Shown here: positions 39,729 through 49,999 of the stretch, one piece after another
How the letters are laid out: the number at the start of each line of letters is the position of its first letter
Position numbering within the stretch: the stretch's first letter is position 1
Virus record (IMG/VR): IMGVR_UViG_3300002141_000152
Coordinates: 32,001 to 96,000 of that record
DNA length: 64,000 nt
Source of the DNA: a virus
Reading direction: 5' to 3' (one strand)
The notes under the pieces: generated by a model
The model's input: only the letters and a program-made list of their open reading frames with translations
What the model was told of the DNA's origin: nothing
Database searches by the model: none
Position numbers and translations under genes: made by a program

Positions 39729-41081
39729 TTATAGTGTCCACGTTTCAAAATCCGGTAAGTCTGTAAAATCTTCTTGATCTGGATCAATACCTAATAGAGC
39801 AAGGATATTAATTTTTGGAGCATTAATTCTTCCGCTAATTAAGAAATAAACAAGTCTAAACATTGTTCCGTCTAATGTATGGTTTTTAATAATACTTGGA
39901 ATCGATGCATATTGTCCCGGAACTGGTAAATCTCTTTTATATTTCTCAGGTTGGGCTTCTCTAAAGCCTTGTTCTGGATCACCGCGTTCTTCATCTGGAC
40001 TAAATTTCTTTTTAGTAATACTATATGTTGCCTGGCTAGATCCGCCAATACTACGTATCGCTCTATTTTCTGCTTCTAATTCAAATCCACTAGTTTTAGC
40101 ATACGCTCCGCCGCTACTCTTATAAAATTCACTTCTAAAATCTTTAGTTTTAATAAGTAGATAATACATTAACATATCTGCATTTACTTCAAGAGAGTCA
40201 GCAAGTTCTTTTACTGGAGCAGTTGCATTCGCAGTTCCTCTTACCTCTTCTATTTCTGACATCAATTTATTTTTAATTGGGTCCTTTGCAACAGATAATA
40301 AATTCTTATATCGATTTGCAAATACATCAATTAGAGTAATTGATGTTACAGGCATAGTTGATTCAACTCTACTTTGACGTACTGTTCTAGGCTCAGCGGC
40401 ACCGCTTGTATCTACATTTAATGTGTAAGCATATAGTGGTTTCGATGTAGATGGAGCATAATGTTTATCTCCTTCTTTTGTAGCTGATCTAACAAATTCT
40501 TGAATCTTATCACTACGATTTCCGCCTTTAGTGTCATGCACTGCACGAATTCTTTCACGATCTACTCCCTGTGTCGTTAATTCAGAATAACCGAAGTCAA
40601 CTGCACGCTGACGATCCTTGTCCCACCATAGGATTGCATATTGTAATCCGACTGCACCTTTACTTCTAGACTTATCATAAATATACATGTAGAATTCCAA
40701 GTCTGGATTCGAGATTAAGACACGATTTTGTCCAAGTGGAAGAGATTCAATAAACCAGTGAAAGTCAGTATACTGACTACCAATAGTACGTCCACTATAT
40801 GGGTCAGTGCTTGTTTTTACACCAGTAAGAACTTTAGGTTCAGTAATTTCAATATCATGAGACGGTCCATGGTATTTATATGGCATTGGAATCGCTGAAC
40901 GACTACGATACGTATGTGCCATTCTTGGATAATTTTCCCAGTGTTCAGCTTTTTTGTGAATTGCGGAAATCATCTTTGCAGGCATTCCGGTTTTACTCAA
41001 GGTTGATGCTTCAAAAATAGGATCGAAGTTGACAAAGCTTTCAAATGTTCTTGCCCAATATTGGTTACTTAAATTTGACAT
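39729..41081 (-). CDS. Hypothetical protein with CTS-like leader
   Basis: ARTFESFVNFDPIFE; late motif at 41101-41108. Confidence 0.6.
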   Translation of the reverse strand: MSNLSNQYWARTFESFVNFDPIFEASTLSKTGMPAKMISAIHKKAEHWENYPRMAHTYRSRSAIPMPYKYHGPSHDIEITEPKVLTGVKTSTDPYSGRTIGSQYTDFHWFIESLPLGQNRVLISNPDLEFYMYIYDKSRSKGAVGLQYAILWWDKDRQRAVDFGYSELTTQGVDRERIRAVHDTKGGNRSDKIQEFVRSATKEGDKHYAPSTSKPLYAYTLNVDTSGAAEPRTVRQSRVESTMPVTSITLIDVFANRYKNLLSVAKDPIKNKLMSEIEEVRGTANATAPVKELADSLEVNADMLMYYLLIKTKDFRSEFYKSSGGAYAKTSGFELEAENRAIRSIGGSSQATYSITKKKFSPDEERGDPEQGFREAQPEKYKRDLPVPGQYASIPSIIKNHTLDGTMFRLVYFLISGRINAPKINILALLGIDPDQEDFTDLPDFETWTL

Positions 41082-41119
41082 TTTTAACGTATCTTTTTTG
41101 TTATTTATCTTAGCGTCTA

Positions 41120-41545
41120 CTAAATACTAATTCGTTCTAGCCGAATAATTGATTCATGTAGATTAATAGGTTGAATATCCTTAAACTTATCGAGGAAGTT
41201 TTCCTCTTCTGCGTCGTCGTCAATCTTGCGTAATTCAGAAATAACTGAATCTATTACATTTAGCTTACCTGCGGATACATAGAGAAGATCTTCCGTAGTA
41301 TTATGTAAGGCTTCATACCTTTCGGAATACTCTTCTTCTGATACAGAATTTACATCATTTGATAGCGATCTTACTGCATTTGAATTTACCGTCTTCAGAT
41401 CCCAACATTTCCTGTCAAGTTCTCGAAGATCTACTTCCTTTGCAAGAATTTCAGCAACTGTAATAAAAGTCACCTTATTCCATAGGGCGTTTGCAGCAGT
41501 TGTTAGTTTTGTTGCGACTGTTTCATATTTCTTGAAATCGATCAT
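41120..41545 (-). CDS. Hypothetical helical protein
   Basis: 141-aa ORF in operon. Confidence 0.55.
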   Translation of the reverse strand: MIDFKKYETVATKLTTAANALWNKVTFITVAEILAKEVDLRELDRKCWDLKTVNSNAVRSLSNDVNSVSEEEYSERYEALHNTTEDLLYVSAGKLNVIDSVISELRKIDDDAEEENFLDKFKDIQPINLHESIIRLERISI

Positions 41546-41550
41546 TCTAG

Positions 41551-43047
41551 TTATTTACTTTTTATAATATTTGTTATTTCTTCAGCAGAAATAAGGCCAT
41601 TTGTTTTAAACCAGTTCTTCTGTTTAGCCATTTTAATAAATACATCAGCTAACTTATTTTTAGTAAAGATTTTAAACTCTGGCAACACAATCAGAGTTTC
41701 CCAAGCTTTACGGAAATTATCTTTGGCGGTGGTTTGCCTGCGCGTCTTCATAAAAATATAAAATTGGTTAGTAGCCATTGAAAATACTCTAGTCATTAAC
41801 CGGTTTCTTTCGGTTACTATATAAGAACTTGGTGAATAAATCTTTTCGGTTTCCTTAGAAGAGGATTCCACATCTTTAGATTCTAGATAGTCTTTAAAGT
41901 CTTTTAATATCTTAGTTTTTAAACCTATTGTATACACCTTATTTCCATGATACGTGTGTGGTTTTTTAGATGCTGTATTATTCATATCATACATCATATA
42001 AAAGGCAAAGTTATTTCTAATTCTAGATTTGACAGATTCTGCCGGAAGATTCAATATGCTGCTTGCAATATTAATAATAGTTGCAGAAATAGTTTTAATA
42101 TCGATACCACTGTTCTTGTTATCATCTACGATTATCATCTTCTTATTATTCTTAATACAGTCAGTTACCGCATCTAGCCAAGAATTTTCGGTGTAATCAT
42201 ATTTGTTTTTCCAAAGAGATCGGATTCCTCCGAAATTACGCTTACTGCTTCTTACGATAAATGGAATAAGAGACTTTCCATCAATATCCCTATCTTTAAA
42301 TACTATTGATAATTCCTGATCATAATTTGGAGAAGTAGGAATTCCATAATCGGTAAAGACCTTTGCTAATTCATCAGGTGTAGTAGTCTTTTCTATTTCA
42401 GATAAAACTAAATCGCTAGTAAGGAGGCGATCGATATATGTATCTATTAAATGTTTTTTAGTGCTTACAAATGTTTTGGACGTAGGGTCTGCTTCAAATT
42501 GTCGTTCTACTTGGCTTTTAAATTCTACAAAATCAAATGCATCTGCAGCATTCAAATAAACGACTTTATTTAAGATAGTTAATGCCGCATCAGAATAAAC
42601 AGAGTTTATTGATCTGCCTAGCATTCCGGCTAAACCTTCAGTTGAACCAATTGAACATATATAGTCAGGAGAAAAAATATTTAACTTTAAAAAATTGTAT
42701 TTAATAAACTTAGATAGTGCGGCTTCTCCAGAATCTCCATCTTCATCGTATATCATAGGATGCTTTTCACCATCTTCAGTACGTTCAGCGGCTTTAAGCG
42801 CATCCATTGTATACTTAAATCTTCCTTCATGATCTATTTTTCCAACATATTCCTTGTATGTTAATCCCCAATAAACTGTAAATATCGAAAGATCCAAGTC
42901 TTTTCCAGATTCAGAAGAAGTAGTTTTTAGGACTTCGTCATTATTCTCAGAGTCATTCGTATTTGAAATAAGTACAATATTTGGATTATTAGGATCTATC
43001 CATGCTCCCTCATTAATAAAATTTGAAAATGATTTTAAGAATCTCAT
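41551..43047 (-). CDS. Protein with CTS-like leader and possible PRTase-like motif
   Basis: MRFLKSFSNFINE; MIIVDDNKNSG resembles a PRPP-binding loop. Confidence 0.55.
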   Translation of the reverse strand: MRFLKSFSNFINEGAWIDPNNPNIVLISNTNDSENNDEVLKTTSSESGKDLDLSIFTVYWGLTYKEYVGKIDHEGRFKYTMDALKAAERTEDGEKHPMIYDEDGDSGEAALSKFIKYNFLKLNIFSPDYICSIGSTEGLAGMLGRSINSVYSDAALTILNKVVYLNAADAFDFVEFKSQVERQFEADPTSKTFVSTKKHLIDTYIDRLLTSDLVLSEIEKTTTPDELAKVFTDYGIPTSPNYDQELSIVFKDRDIDGKSLIPFIVRSSKRNFGGIRSLWKNKYDYTENSWLDAVTDCIKNNKKMIIVDDNKNSGIDIKTISATIINIASSILNLPAESVKSRIRNNFAFYMMYDMNNTASKKPHTYHGNKVYTIGLKTKILKDFKDYLESKDVESSSKETEKIYSPSSYIVTERNRLMTRVFSMATNQFYIFMKTRRQTTAKDNFRKAWETLIVLPEFKIFTKNKLADVFIKMAKQKNWFKTNGLISAEEITNIIKSK

Positions 43048-43100
43048 TAAACGTTTCTTATTTTTATTATTTATCAGGAAGATAGTATAGTAATTTTATC

Positions 43101-43559
43101 ATGAAGCATATTGGTTTTACAAAAGTGGCACTTCCTTATGGGTGGCTTGGTAATATGTCCGCCTTTCCAATTGAGTATTGTGGGCAGACTTGGAAGACAA
43201 GTGAAGCTCTTTTTCAAGCATTACGATTTAATGACCTTGAAATTAAGGCAAAAATCCGGTCACAGCAGAGTCCAATGGCTGCAAAGATGGTAGCTAAGCC
43301 ATTTGCAGATAAACAAGTAGTACAACCAAAATCTGAACAGGATTTAAAAAATATGGAACTGTGTCTTAAACTCAAATTAGACCAGCACCCAGAACTAAAG
43401 AAATTACTGAAGGAAACCGGAGATGCTATTTTATTTGAAGATGTGCGTGCTAGACCTCGAGGTAATAATCTCTTTTGGGGAGCTATCCTAACCGTTGATG
43501 AGTTGATTGGTGAAAATAAATTGTGTGAAATCTGGATGAGATTGCGAGCTAATCTCTAA
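43101..43559 (+). CDS. NADAR/YbiA-family protein
   Basis: YGWLGNMS.FPI, TSEALFQA.RF, LKLDQHPEL...L.ETGD, FWG, GENKL. Confidence 0.85.
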   Translation: MKHIGFTKVALPYGWLGNMSAFPIEYCGQTWKTSEALFQALRFNDLEIKAKIRSQQSPMAAKMVAKPFADKQVVQPKSEQDLKNMELCLKLKLDQHPELKKLLKETGDAILFEDVRARPRGNNLFWGAILTVDELIGENKLCEIWMRLRANL

Positions 43560-43872
43560 ACTTATTTGGCCAAATACTACGCCATTCATGTCCCTTTGGC
43601 ACGTCTTTAACTTTGACTCCAAATACTTTCTTTTCTCCTGGATCACACGCATCTTTACCATCCCAACTGAAACCATTATTACACGCCCAGCTCTTTAAAA
43701 AGACAGTAACTAATTGTCCTGACACAAATGGAAATCTGACACCGCTTTGATTATCAACCTCTTCAATTTTACCATGTCTTACTGTGATTATGATATCGCG
43801 ACCCTGTCGTGATGTTAGAGTTATAATCTTTTCAGAACTCCAGTTTTCAAATAGTTTAACGTACTGTTTCAT
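43549..43872 (-). CDS. Hypothetical protein with CTS-like leader
   Basis: MKQYVKLFENW. Confidence 0.6.
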   Translation of the reverse strand: MKQYVKLFENWSSEKIITLTSRQGRDIIITVRHGKIEEVDNQSGVRFPFVSGQLVTVFLKSWACNNGFSWDGKDACDPGEKKVFGVKVKDVPKGHEWRSIWPNKFRD

Positions 43873-43949
43873 GGTGTATTAGTATACTTAAATAAGGCTG
43901 CCGACATATTCTTATCAAAGTTCGGCCATAATAAATCAGATAAAGAAGA

Positions 43950-45506
43950 CTAGGAGATATCTCCCCTAAGGTCATTTACTGCAATATCATTTGCTCCCAT
44001 GTGAGAGCCTGCACTCTTTGAATAGTTAACAGCCGCAATCATTTTCTTCTTTGCGTTTAAATTATTGGATCCACCGGCTGAATTCTCTCCGCCAGTATAA
44101 TAGTATTTTACTGTGTCCGGAAAGTCGGCTGTGAGTTTTGTATAGAAATTCTCAGTATTTGCGTTTTGCCCTATCCAAATGTCAACTAGATAAATTGCGG
44201 CCCATTCGGATGCAGCTACTTTAGCTAGCAAGCTCATCCCAGGTAAATATCCGCCAGAGAATAGGTATAGAATCTTTTTAGCCGGAGTTAAGTTTAAACC
44301 AGATATTTCAGACCAGGCTTTAGCGCCGTCTATTTTTGAAGAATTTGCAATAAATGTTGTTGCTTTTGATAAAGTATCCTCTTTAAAATAGTCATACATA
44401 TAAGAACCGCTTGATCTTCCACCGACATCAATTCCACCGAATACAACAATTAACGGCGCTGACTTATTTGAATTAATATTGATTTTTCCTTGAGAAAGAG
44501 TTTGTGTGTAGTTAGGCAAACCCACCTGATTAACTTGATTAACTTGTGTAGGCGAGGCTTTCGCAATTACCTCAGGAGAAATTTGAACACCAAAGAGTGC
44601 ACCATATGTGATAGGTCCAACTATTCCGTCTACTTTAAGCGGTGCACCAGATGTATCTTTATTTTCAGATTGAAATTTTCTTACTGCCTGGTCGGTCGCA
44701 GCATCATAATTACCAGATTGAGTTACACCAAGCTTTGCTTGAACTTTAGTTACCTCTTCTCCCTGCATACCTAATTTTAATAATTTTGCTCCAGATTTAA
44801 TTTGTGCCATATTAATATCTTGGTTATTTGCTGTTGTAGGTGAATCAATATTATCCTTTGTATCTGCTGAAAAATCGGTTTTTTGATTAGTAAGTGTTTG
44901 ACTTATAGTATTTTCAAATTTTTCATCGCGGCTTCCTTTAAAATAATCAATGAATCCAATTAAAGAATTAGCGCTTAACTCTCTTTTGTTGATTCCAACT
45001 CTATCTCCTTCTCCAGATAACTGGTCATTTGTATTTCCTTCAATTGACTTAAATGATCTATTTGTAATATCGACTGAAACTACTATTCCGGTGTGTCCTG
45101 TTCCCTTTCCAGGTCGACTCATAATAAATATTTGTCCGGGTTTTACTAATCCTGGATTTTTTCTGGCAGCATCTATTGTTATTTTTAGTGATGAGTCAGC
45201 TTTGCTCCAGTGATTCAGTACACCTGCAGTTTTAGGCAAAGTGTTTGAAATGCCTAATGCTGAAGAAAGATCGCTAAACATTGAATAAACAAAAGCCATA
45301 CACCATGGATATCCAGGACCAAGTCCTGTGGCGCTTAAGTATTTGCTTACTTCTGGTCCTTTATTTGAACCCTTTGGCTGCTCTTTTACTTGGTAATTTG
45401 ATTTTAATATTTCTGCAAAGCGATCGCCTGCAACAGCTGGAGTATCTATTGATAATGCAGTCTCATATAATCGCTTCCAGTTTTTATAATTAAGTAGTAC
45501 TCCCAT
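43950..45506 (-). CDS. CHAP amidase plus peptidoglycan-binding domain plus alpha/beta-hydrolase-like domain, with CTS-like leader
   Basis: PWCMAFV, GHTGIV, IEGNT; VRKFQ...LKVDGIVGPIT; LFSGG. Confidence 0.82.
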   Translation of the reverse strand: MGVLLNYKNWKRLYETALSIDTPAVAGDRFAEILKSNYQVKEQPKGSNKGPEVSKYLSATGLGPGYPWCMAFVYSMFSDLSSALGISNTLPKTAGVLNHWSKADSSLKITIDAARKNPGLVKPGQIFIMSRPGKGTGHTGIVVSVDITNRSFKSIEGNTNDQLSGEGDRVGINKRELSANSLIGFIDYFKGSRDEKFENTISQTLTNQKTDFSADTKDNIDSPTTANNQDINMAQIKSGAKLLKLGMQGEEVTKVQAKLGVTQSGNYDAATDQAVRKFQSENKDTSGAPLKVDGIVGPITYGALFGVQISPEVIAKASPTQVNQVNQVGLPNYTQTLSQGKININSNKSAPLIVVFGGIDVGGRSSGSYMYDYFKEDTLSKATTFIANSSKIDGAKAWSEISGLNLTPAKKILYLFSGGYLPGMSLLAKVAASEWAAIYLVDIWIGQNANTENFYTKLTADFPDTVKYYYTGGENSAGGSNNLNAKKKMIAAVNYSKSAGSHMGANDIAVNDLRGDIS

Positions 45507-45590
45507 TAATTTTATTTATTTTCAAAATACCTAGTATTCTACATGAACTAATTTTTTATCATACATCAAGAGATATACAATATTAATTAT

Positions 45591-46184
45591 CTAAATAATA
45601 TCTTTGCTTTCTAATAACGTGTAAGTAAACGAATTACCGTGTAGGTCTTTAGCTTTGCGACAGATTGTCATAAATGCTTCAAAATCAGCAGATTTTTTAA
45701 ATACTTGACAACCTTCTGACCAGTTTTCTACGTACGTCGAATCTGCACCAGCTTTATGAATGTTTATACCAAAAATTCCCTCTTGGATTTGGTTCTCTTC
45801 GTAAGTCATGTTACGATTGGCATCACGATATACCTTAACTGGTTTAGCCTGACCTAACGCTTCATATTTTCCTTGGTGTAAACGAATTGTATGAGATCCT
45901 CGATATTGTCCAGGAACTAATCGCGCAACACCAGCTGCATTATGATATTCCATTACTCCTTTTTTTCCAGGATCAGTTGTTGCTTGCCATGATTTAAACT
46001 GCCAAAGTCCATTGACCTTATATGAAATGGTTAAAGTATCATCAAATGAATTAGTTACAACTTGTCCAACCGCTGAGTTTCTAACTCCTACAATATTAAC
46101 ATTGTAATCACTCGCACTATCAAACCATAAATATCCTTTAGCTTTAATTGCAGCTTCTATTTTTTCTTTAGAATAAGGTGTCAT
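45591..46184 (-). CDS. Putative endolysin / L,D-transpeptidase-like (YkuD-type) cell-wall enzyme
   Basis: TTDPG, GINIHKAG...WSEGCQV (His...SxGC). Confidence 0.6.
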   Translation of the reverse strand: MTPYSKEKIEAAIKAKGYLWFDSASDYNVNIVGVRNSAVGQVVTNSFDDTLTISYKVNGLWQFKSWQATTDPGKKGVMEYHNAAGVARLVPGQYRGSHTIRLHQGKYEALGQAKPVKVYRDANRNMTYEENQIQEGIFGINIHKAGADSTYVENWSEGCQVFKKSADFEAFMTICRKAKDLHGNSFTYTLLESKDII

Positions 46185-46267
46185 CAGAATAAAAGTATTT
46201 ATATTATTTATCAGGTAAAACAGTGTTGATAATTTAGTATAATAATCTAACTAGACAATTAATTAAA

Positions 46268-46714
46268 ATGCAGACAGTAATATTTGACTTAGACGGTACT
46301 CTTGCACTAATTAGCAAACGCAGAGACTTTGCAAATGCACATGGAAAATTTGATTGGAGCACGTTCTTTGATCCAAAGAATATTAATTTAGATGAGCCAA
46401 ATTGGCCAGTAATTCACGCATGTAGATCATTAGCTGCTGCTGGATTTACGATTGTGATCTTTAGTGGTCGGGATGATATTTCTAAAAAGGAAACAGTTGA
46501 TTGGCTTGAAAATTATGGTATTATATTTAATACTCTGCGAATGCGAAAACATGGAGACAATATGCCCGATCAAATTCTAAAGAAGATGTGGCTAGAAGAA
46601 CTTTTTCCAGACAAGAGCGATATTCTTTGTGTGTTTGATGATCGAGATAAAGTCGTGAAGATGTGGAGAGCCGAAGGCCTTACTTGTTTTCAAGTAGCAG
46701 AAGGTAAATTCTAA
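46268..46714 (+). CDS. Polynucleotide 3'-phosphatase (PseT HAD domain, no kinase domain)
   Basis: IFDLDGTLA, FSGRD, MR..GD..PD..LK, VFDDR..VV.MWR..GL.CFQVA.G.F. Confidence 0.85.
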   Translation: MQTVIFDLDGTLALISKRRDFANAHGKFDWSTFFDPKNINLDEPNWPVIHACRSLAAAGFTIVIFSGRDDISKKETVDWLENYGIIFNTLRMRKHGDNMPDQILKKMWLEELFPDKSDILCVFDDRDKVVKMWRAEGLTCFQVAEGKF

Positions 46715-46743
46715 ATAAAAATCAATTAATATAAAAAATAATT

Positions 46744-47178
46744 ATGGAAAATCTACTTAATCGTATTGAAAAGGAGGCTGGCAAATATCGATCCGCCTCT
46801 GAACAAGCACTTGACCATTTACAAATGGCTCACGCCGTTCTATTTGAAGAGTATTATGGAAATGATCAGCATGGATTCTTGACTAATCTTGAATCAATGA
46901 TTAATACTTTATCAATTAATCCATGTGAATTGGAACTCCTGAATTACGAAGGGCCTGTTCTAAAATTGGTCAAGATGGCTGATAATAAATTCCATATGAT
47001 AGATCAATGGAAAGAGGAACTCTCAGTACTCAATAGATCCCAAGTCCTTGCATTCGTCACTGGCGAAACCCAGGTTATTGATTCTAGAGGAAATAAATAT
47101 CGATACCCAGAGCACGCAGCCGCTGCAAAACCAACCTGCGAAACGCTAAATAATTTTATTTATGAAAAAAATAATTGA
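46744..47178 (+). CDS. Hypothetical protein
   Basis: 144-aa ORF in operon. Confidence 0.55.
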   Translation: MENLLNRIEKEAGKYRSASEQALDHLQMAHAVLFEEYYGNDQHGFLTNLESMINTLSINPCELELLNYEGPVLKLVKMADNKFHMIDQWKEELSVLNRSQVLAFVTGETQVIDSRGNKYRYPEHAAAAKPTCETLNNFIYEKNN

Positions 47179-47284
47179 TACGATATTTGACTTACTCAGT
47201 AAAGTTCCAAATTGGTTAATTTTCCTAGGAATTATAGTTGGCACTTTCATTTTTTGGGCAGTAATCATCGCGCTTTGTAAATAG
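47162..47284 (+). CDS. 40-aa membrane peptide (not in ORF track)
   Basis: MKKIIDTIFDLLSKVPNWLIFLGIIVGTFIFWAVIIALCK, followed by terminator. Confidence 0.4.
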   Translation: MKKIIDTIFDLLSKVPNWLIFLGIIVGTFIFWAVIIALCK

Positions 47285-47305
47285 CAACAACTTAATTATT
47301 AAACT

Positions 47306-47340
47306 AAAAAGGCAATTAACTTTACGGTAATTGCCTTTTT
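47306..47340. terminator. Bidirectional terminator
   Basis: AAAAAGGCAATTA...TAATTGCCTTTTT. Confidence 0.7.
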
Positions 47341-47359
47341 ATTATTTTGTGTGATGAGA

Positions 47360-49219
47360 TTATTTAATCTCACAAGATCCACCAGCGCATGCTAATTCTC
47401 CAGATAGATTAGTATTATCATCGAATTCAATTACTTGTGTTAAATCAACATCTGATAAACTCTTCATTAATTTATCATATGTTTCTTTAGTACAGTCTTC
47501 AAATGGTGCTTGTGTGTAAGTTCCACCATCATATGGAAGAACAGATAAGCCATTATAGTAGTTTCTATTTTCCCACATCCACTGTCCAACTAAATCCCAC
47601 TCTTCGTCTTTAATTGAAATAGTTGCAGATACATTGTGCGTGTTTGCACCATTTCCATGACCGGAACGAACCCATTCAGTAGAAACTTTTTTAACTCGCT
47701 CTAATAAACCAAATACTGATTCAGTACGAACGATTGAACCTTCTGGCGCCATTTGCGGAATTGAGATAATTGCAGTATCATGTGGACGGAAATAATCGTC
47801 TTCGATTAAATCTGGATGATTGGTTACTAAGTAGGTATAAATTGTCTCGTTCTTACCAACACGAAGTCGTCTGATATAATATGCACTATGCCATGCATGG
47901 ATTCCAGAGGAAGTTCCAAGAACGAGTGAACTTGTTCCACTTGGTTTTACAGTGGTGGTTCTAGCAGCTTTATTGATTCCAAGCAGTGCAGCAACTCTAA
48001 CATTTTCTTCTTTTACAACCTTTGCTGCTTTTTTCATGTCATATCCTAAAACTACTCCCGATCCAATTCCAGTCATACCAACTCCAATAAGAGCGTCCTT
48101 TTCAGTAGTGCGTTTCCAAATATCTCTTAGATAATGGAAGTCAGTGTAGCCTGCTTGTAGAGTTCCAATAAATGCTGCAGCTTTTACTCGCATTTCAAAA
48201 TCTTCTTGAGATTCGATATCGGATCCGTTAACTTCACATAGGTTGCAAAATTGGTACGGTCTAAGAGCAATTTCACAACATGGATTTGTACCCCAATCTT
48301 TATCATTTGATAAGTAGATTCCAGGTTCTCCAGCTCCGCTTAATTCAATACGTTTCCATAAGTCTAAGAAATAGTCTTTCGTAATACGATGTCTCATTAA
48401 GACCGCTGAGTTGTTTGCTCTACCTCTCTGAGGATTAGTTTCCCACCAATTACCGGATTTACATGAAATCATTTCTTCATCGTCTGCTGAGAATAGTGCA
48501 ATTAATGCAGCTCTACGAATTCCTCCAGCCAACACTGCATCTGCAATATAACATACGATATCATGAGTTTCAATTGGAGTTAATTTAGAACCGTCAACTT
48601 TTGCGTCTAATACTTTTTTAATATTATGTAAGCAGTCCTTAAGTGGCTGAGGTCCTGGTGCTTTACCACCAGACGTAACTAACCTTGCACCTTTAGGACG
48701 AATATCTGAAAAATCAAATACTGGAGCAGAGGACTTTGATCCAAAATAGGATTCCAGTAAGATTTTAATAGAATCAGCCCATCCTTCAATTGAGTCACTA
48801 ATTAGGTATCTGCGAGTTCTTCCTGAACTTGGTTTTTTAAGTTCAGGTAATTTTTCTACATGATGTTTTTGAACCGAGTAACCTACTCCAGTTCCACCAA
48901 GTAGTAGGAACATTGTTTCTGAAAAAGCATCAGTGTGGTCAATCGGCAAGTAGGCACAGTTATAGACACGGTTTGGCGAAATTTCAATTGGTTTTCCACC
49001 AAATTGTAAGCTTCGCATAGAAGGCAAGACTTTCTTATCAAACACTAATTTGTATTTTTCACGGATTTCTCCTTCAAGTGAAGGATATTTTTTAATATGC
49101 ATATTCATGTTTCGAGTAACGAGTTCTTTCCATGTTTCGCGGCGACTTACTTCAGGCACGTATTTTGCATACTTCATGTGTACTGTCAATTCTGATAAAA
49201 TTTTCTTTGAGATATCCAT
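47360..49219 (-). CDS. nrdJ: Class II (B12-dependent) ribonucleotide reductase
   Basis: PSMRSLQFGG, NCAY, GGIRRAA, TNPCCEI, CNLCE, VKPSGT, C-terminal CAGGSCE; no small subunit adjacent. Confidence 0.9.
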   Translation of the reverse strand: MDISKKILSELTVHMKYAKYVPEVSRRETWKELVTRNMNMHIKKYPSLEGEIREKYKLVFDKKVLPSMRSLQFGGKPIEISPNRVYNCAYLPIDHTDAFSETMFLLLGGTGVGYSVQKHHVEKLPELKKPSSGRTRRYLISDSIEGWADSIKILLESYFGSKSSAPVFDFSDIRPKGARLVTSGGKAPGPQPLKDCLHNIKKVLDAKVDGSKLTPIETHDIVCYIADAVLAGGIRRAALIALFSADDEEMISCKSGNWWETNPQRGRANNSAVLMRHRITKDYFLDLWKRIELSGAGEPGIYLSNDKDWGTNPCCEIALRPYQFCNLCEVNGSDIESQEDFEMRVKAAAFIGTLQAGYTDFHYLRDIWKRTTEKDALIGVGMTGIGSGVVLGYDMKKAAKVVKEENVRVAALLGINKAARTTTVKPSGTSSLVLGTSSGIHAWHSAYYIRRLRVGKNETIYTYLVTNHPDLIEDDYFRPHDTAIISIPQMAPEGSIVRTESVFGLLERVKKVSTEWVRSGHGNGANTHNVSATISIKDEEWDLVGQWMWENRNYYNGLSVLPYDGGTYTQAPFEDCTKETYDKLMKSLSDVDLTQVIEFDDNTNLSGELACAGGSCEIK

Positions 49220-49403
49220 CCAATATTATTTTTTATTATGCACAAGAGTATGTGTGTAGTGTCTTTTTATTATATATGAAATCTAATATTAAGTTCTATA
49301 TAATAGTTAGGTTTTTTCAATAAAAATTTGACAAAATTTACCTAGAGTAGTGTATGTAGTTAACTCAGATATACTTAATTTTTAAAATAAATTTACGATT
49401 TAA

Positions 49404-49982
49404 TTAAGTATTAAACTTATTGAAGTAATCTTTCTTCGTTCGGTGTTTTGCCGGAAAGTCTCTACTTTCAAAGTCAAGATGGTCAACTGCCCACTGCATC
49501 GCTTTGGTGTAGAATTCAGGATGTGACATCTCAGCTGGAAATATTTTAATTGTGTCATCCATTGAACCGATGCGATTTCGATATGTACCCGTGTGCATCT
49601 CTTGTCTTTTTGGAGTCATGCGTCGAACTCGTCTAACATCACCAAAAAATCCTATACCGTATTCTGTATGACGATTATATCCTGGTTTTGCAAAAACAAT
49701 ATTTCCACGACTCAATTGTAGTGGCGACGAGCTCACTTCTAAACCTAGGGCAAGTAGTGCCCGTGCTCCAGGAGTTTCTAGTGCCGCCTTGACTTCAGGT
49801 AAAAGTAGGTGTTTACCGCCTTCTCCCCTAAGCATAGCAGCACGGTGTAAAGCTGTAGCCTCTCGCCTAAACTCAGCACGATCAATTAGTCCGAGATCAA
49901 TAAGCGACTGTAATACTTCTAATTGAGTTTCAATACTTGGCTCGCTAGATTCATTAATAAATTGACTAAATCCTTTTATCAT
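49404..49982 (-). CDS. CTS plus SHOCT-like plus variable domain protein
   Basis: MIKGFSQFINE; LQSLIDLGLIDRAEF. Confidence 0.6.
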   Translation of the reverse strand: MIKGFSQFINESSEPSIETQLEVLQSLIDLGLIDRAEFRREATALHRAAMLRGEGGKHLLLPEVKAALETPGARALLALGLEVSSSPLQLSRGNIVFAKPGYNRHTEYGIGFFGDVRRVRRMTPKRQEMHTGTYRNRIGSMDDTIKIFPAEMSHPEFYTKAMQWAVDHLDFESRDFPAKHRTKKDYFNKFNT

Positions 49983-49999
49983 GTGAGATAATATTTTAA

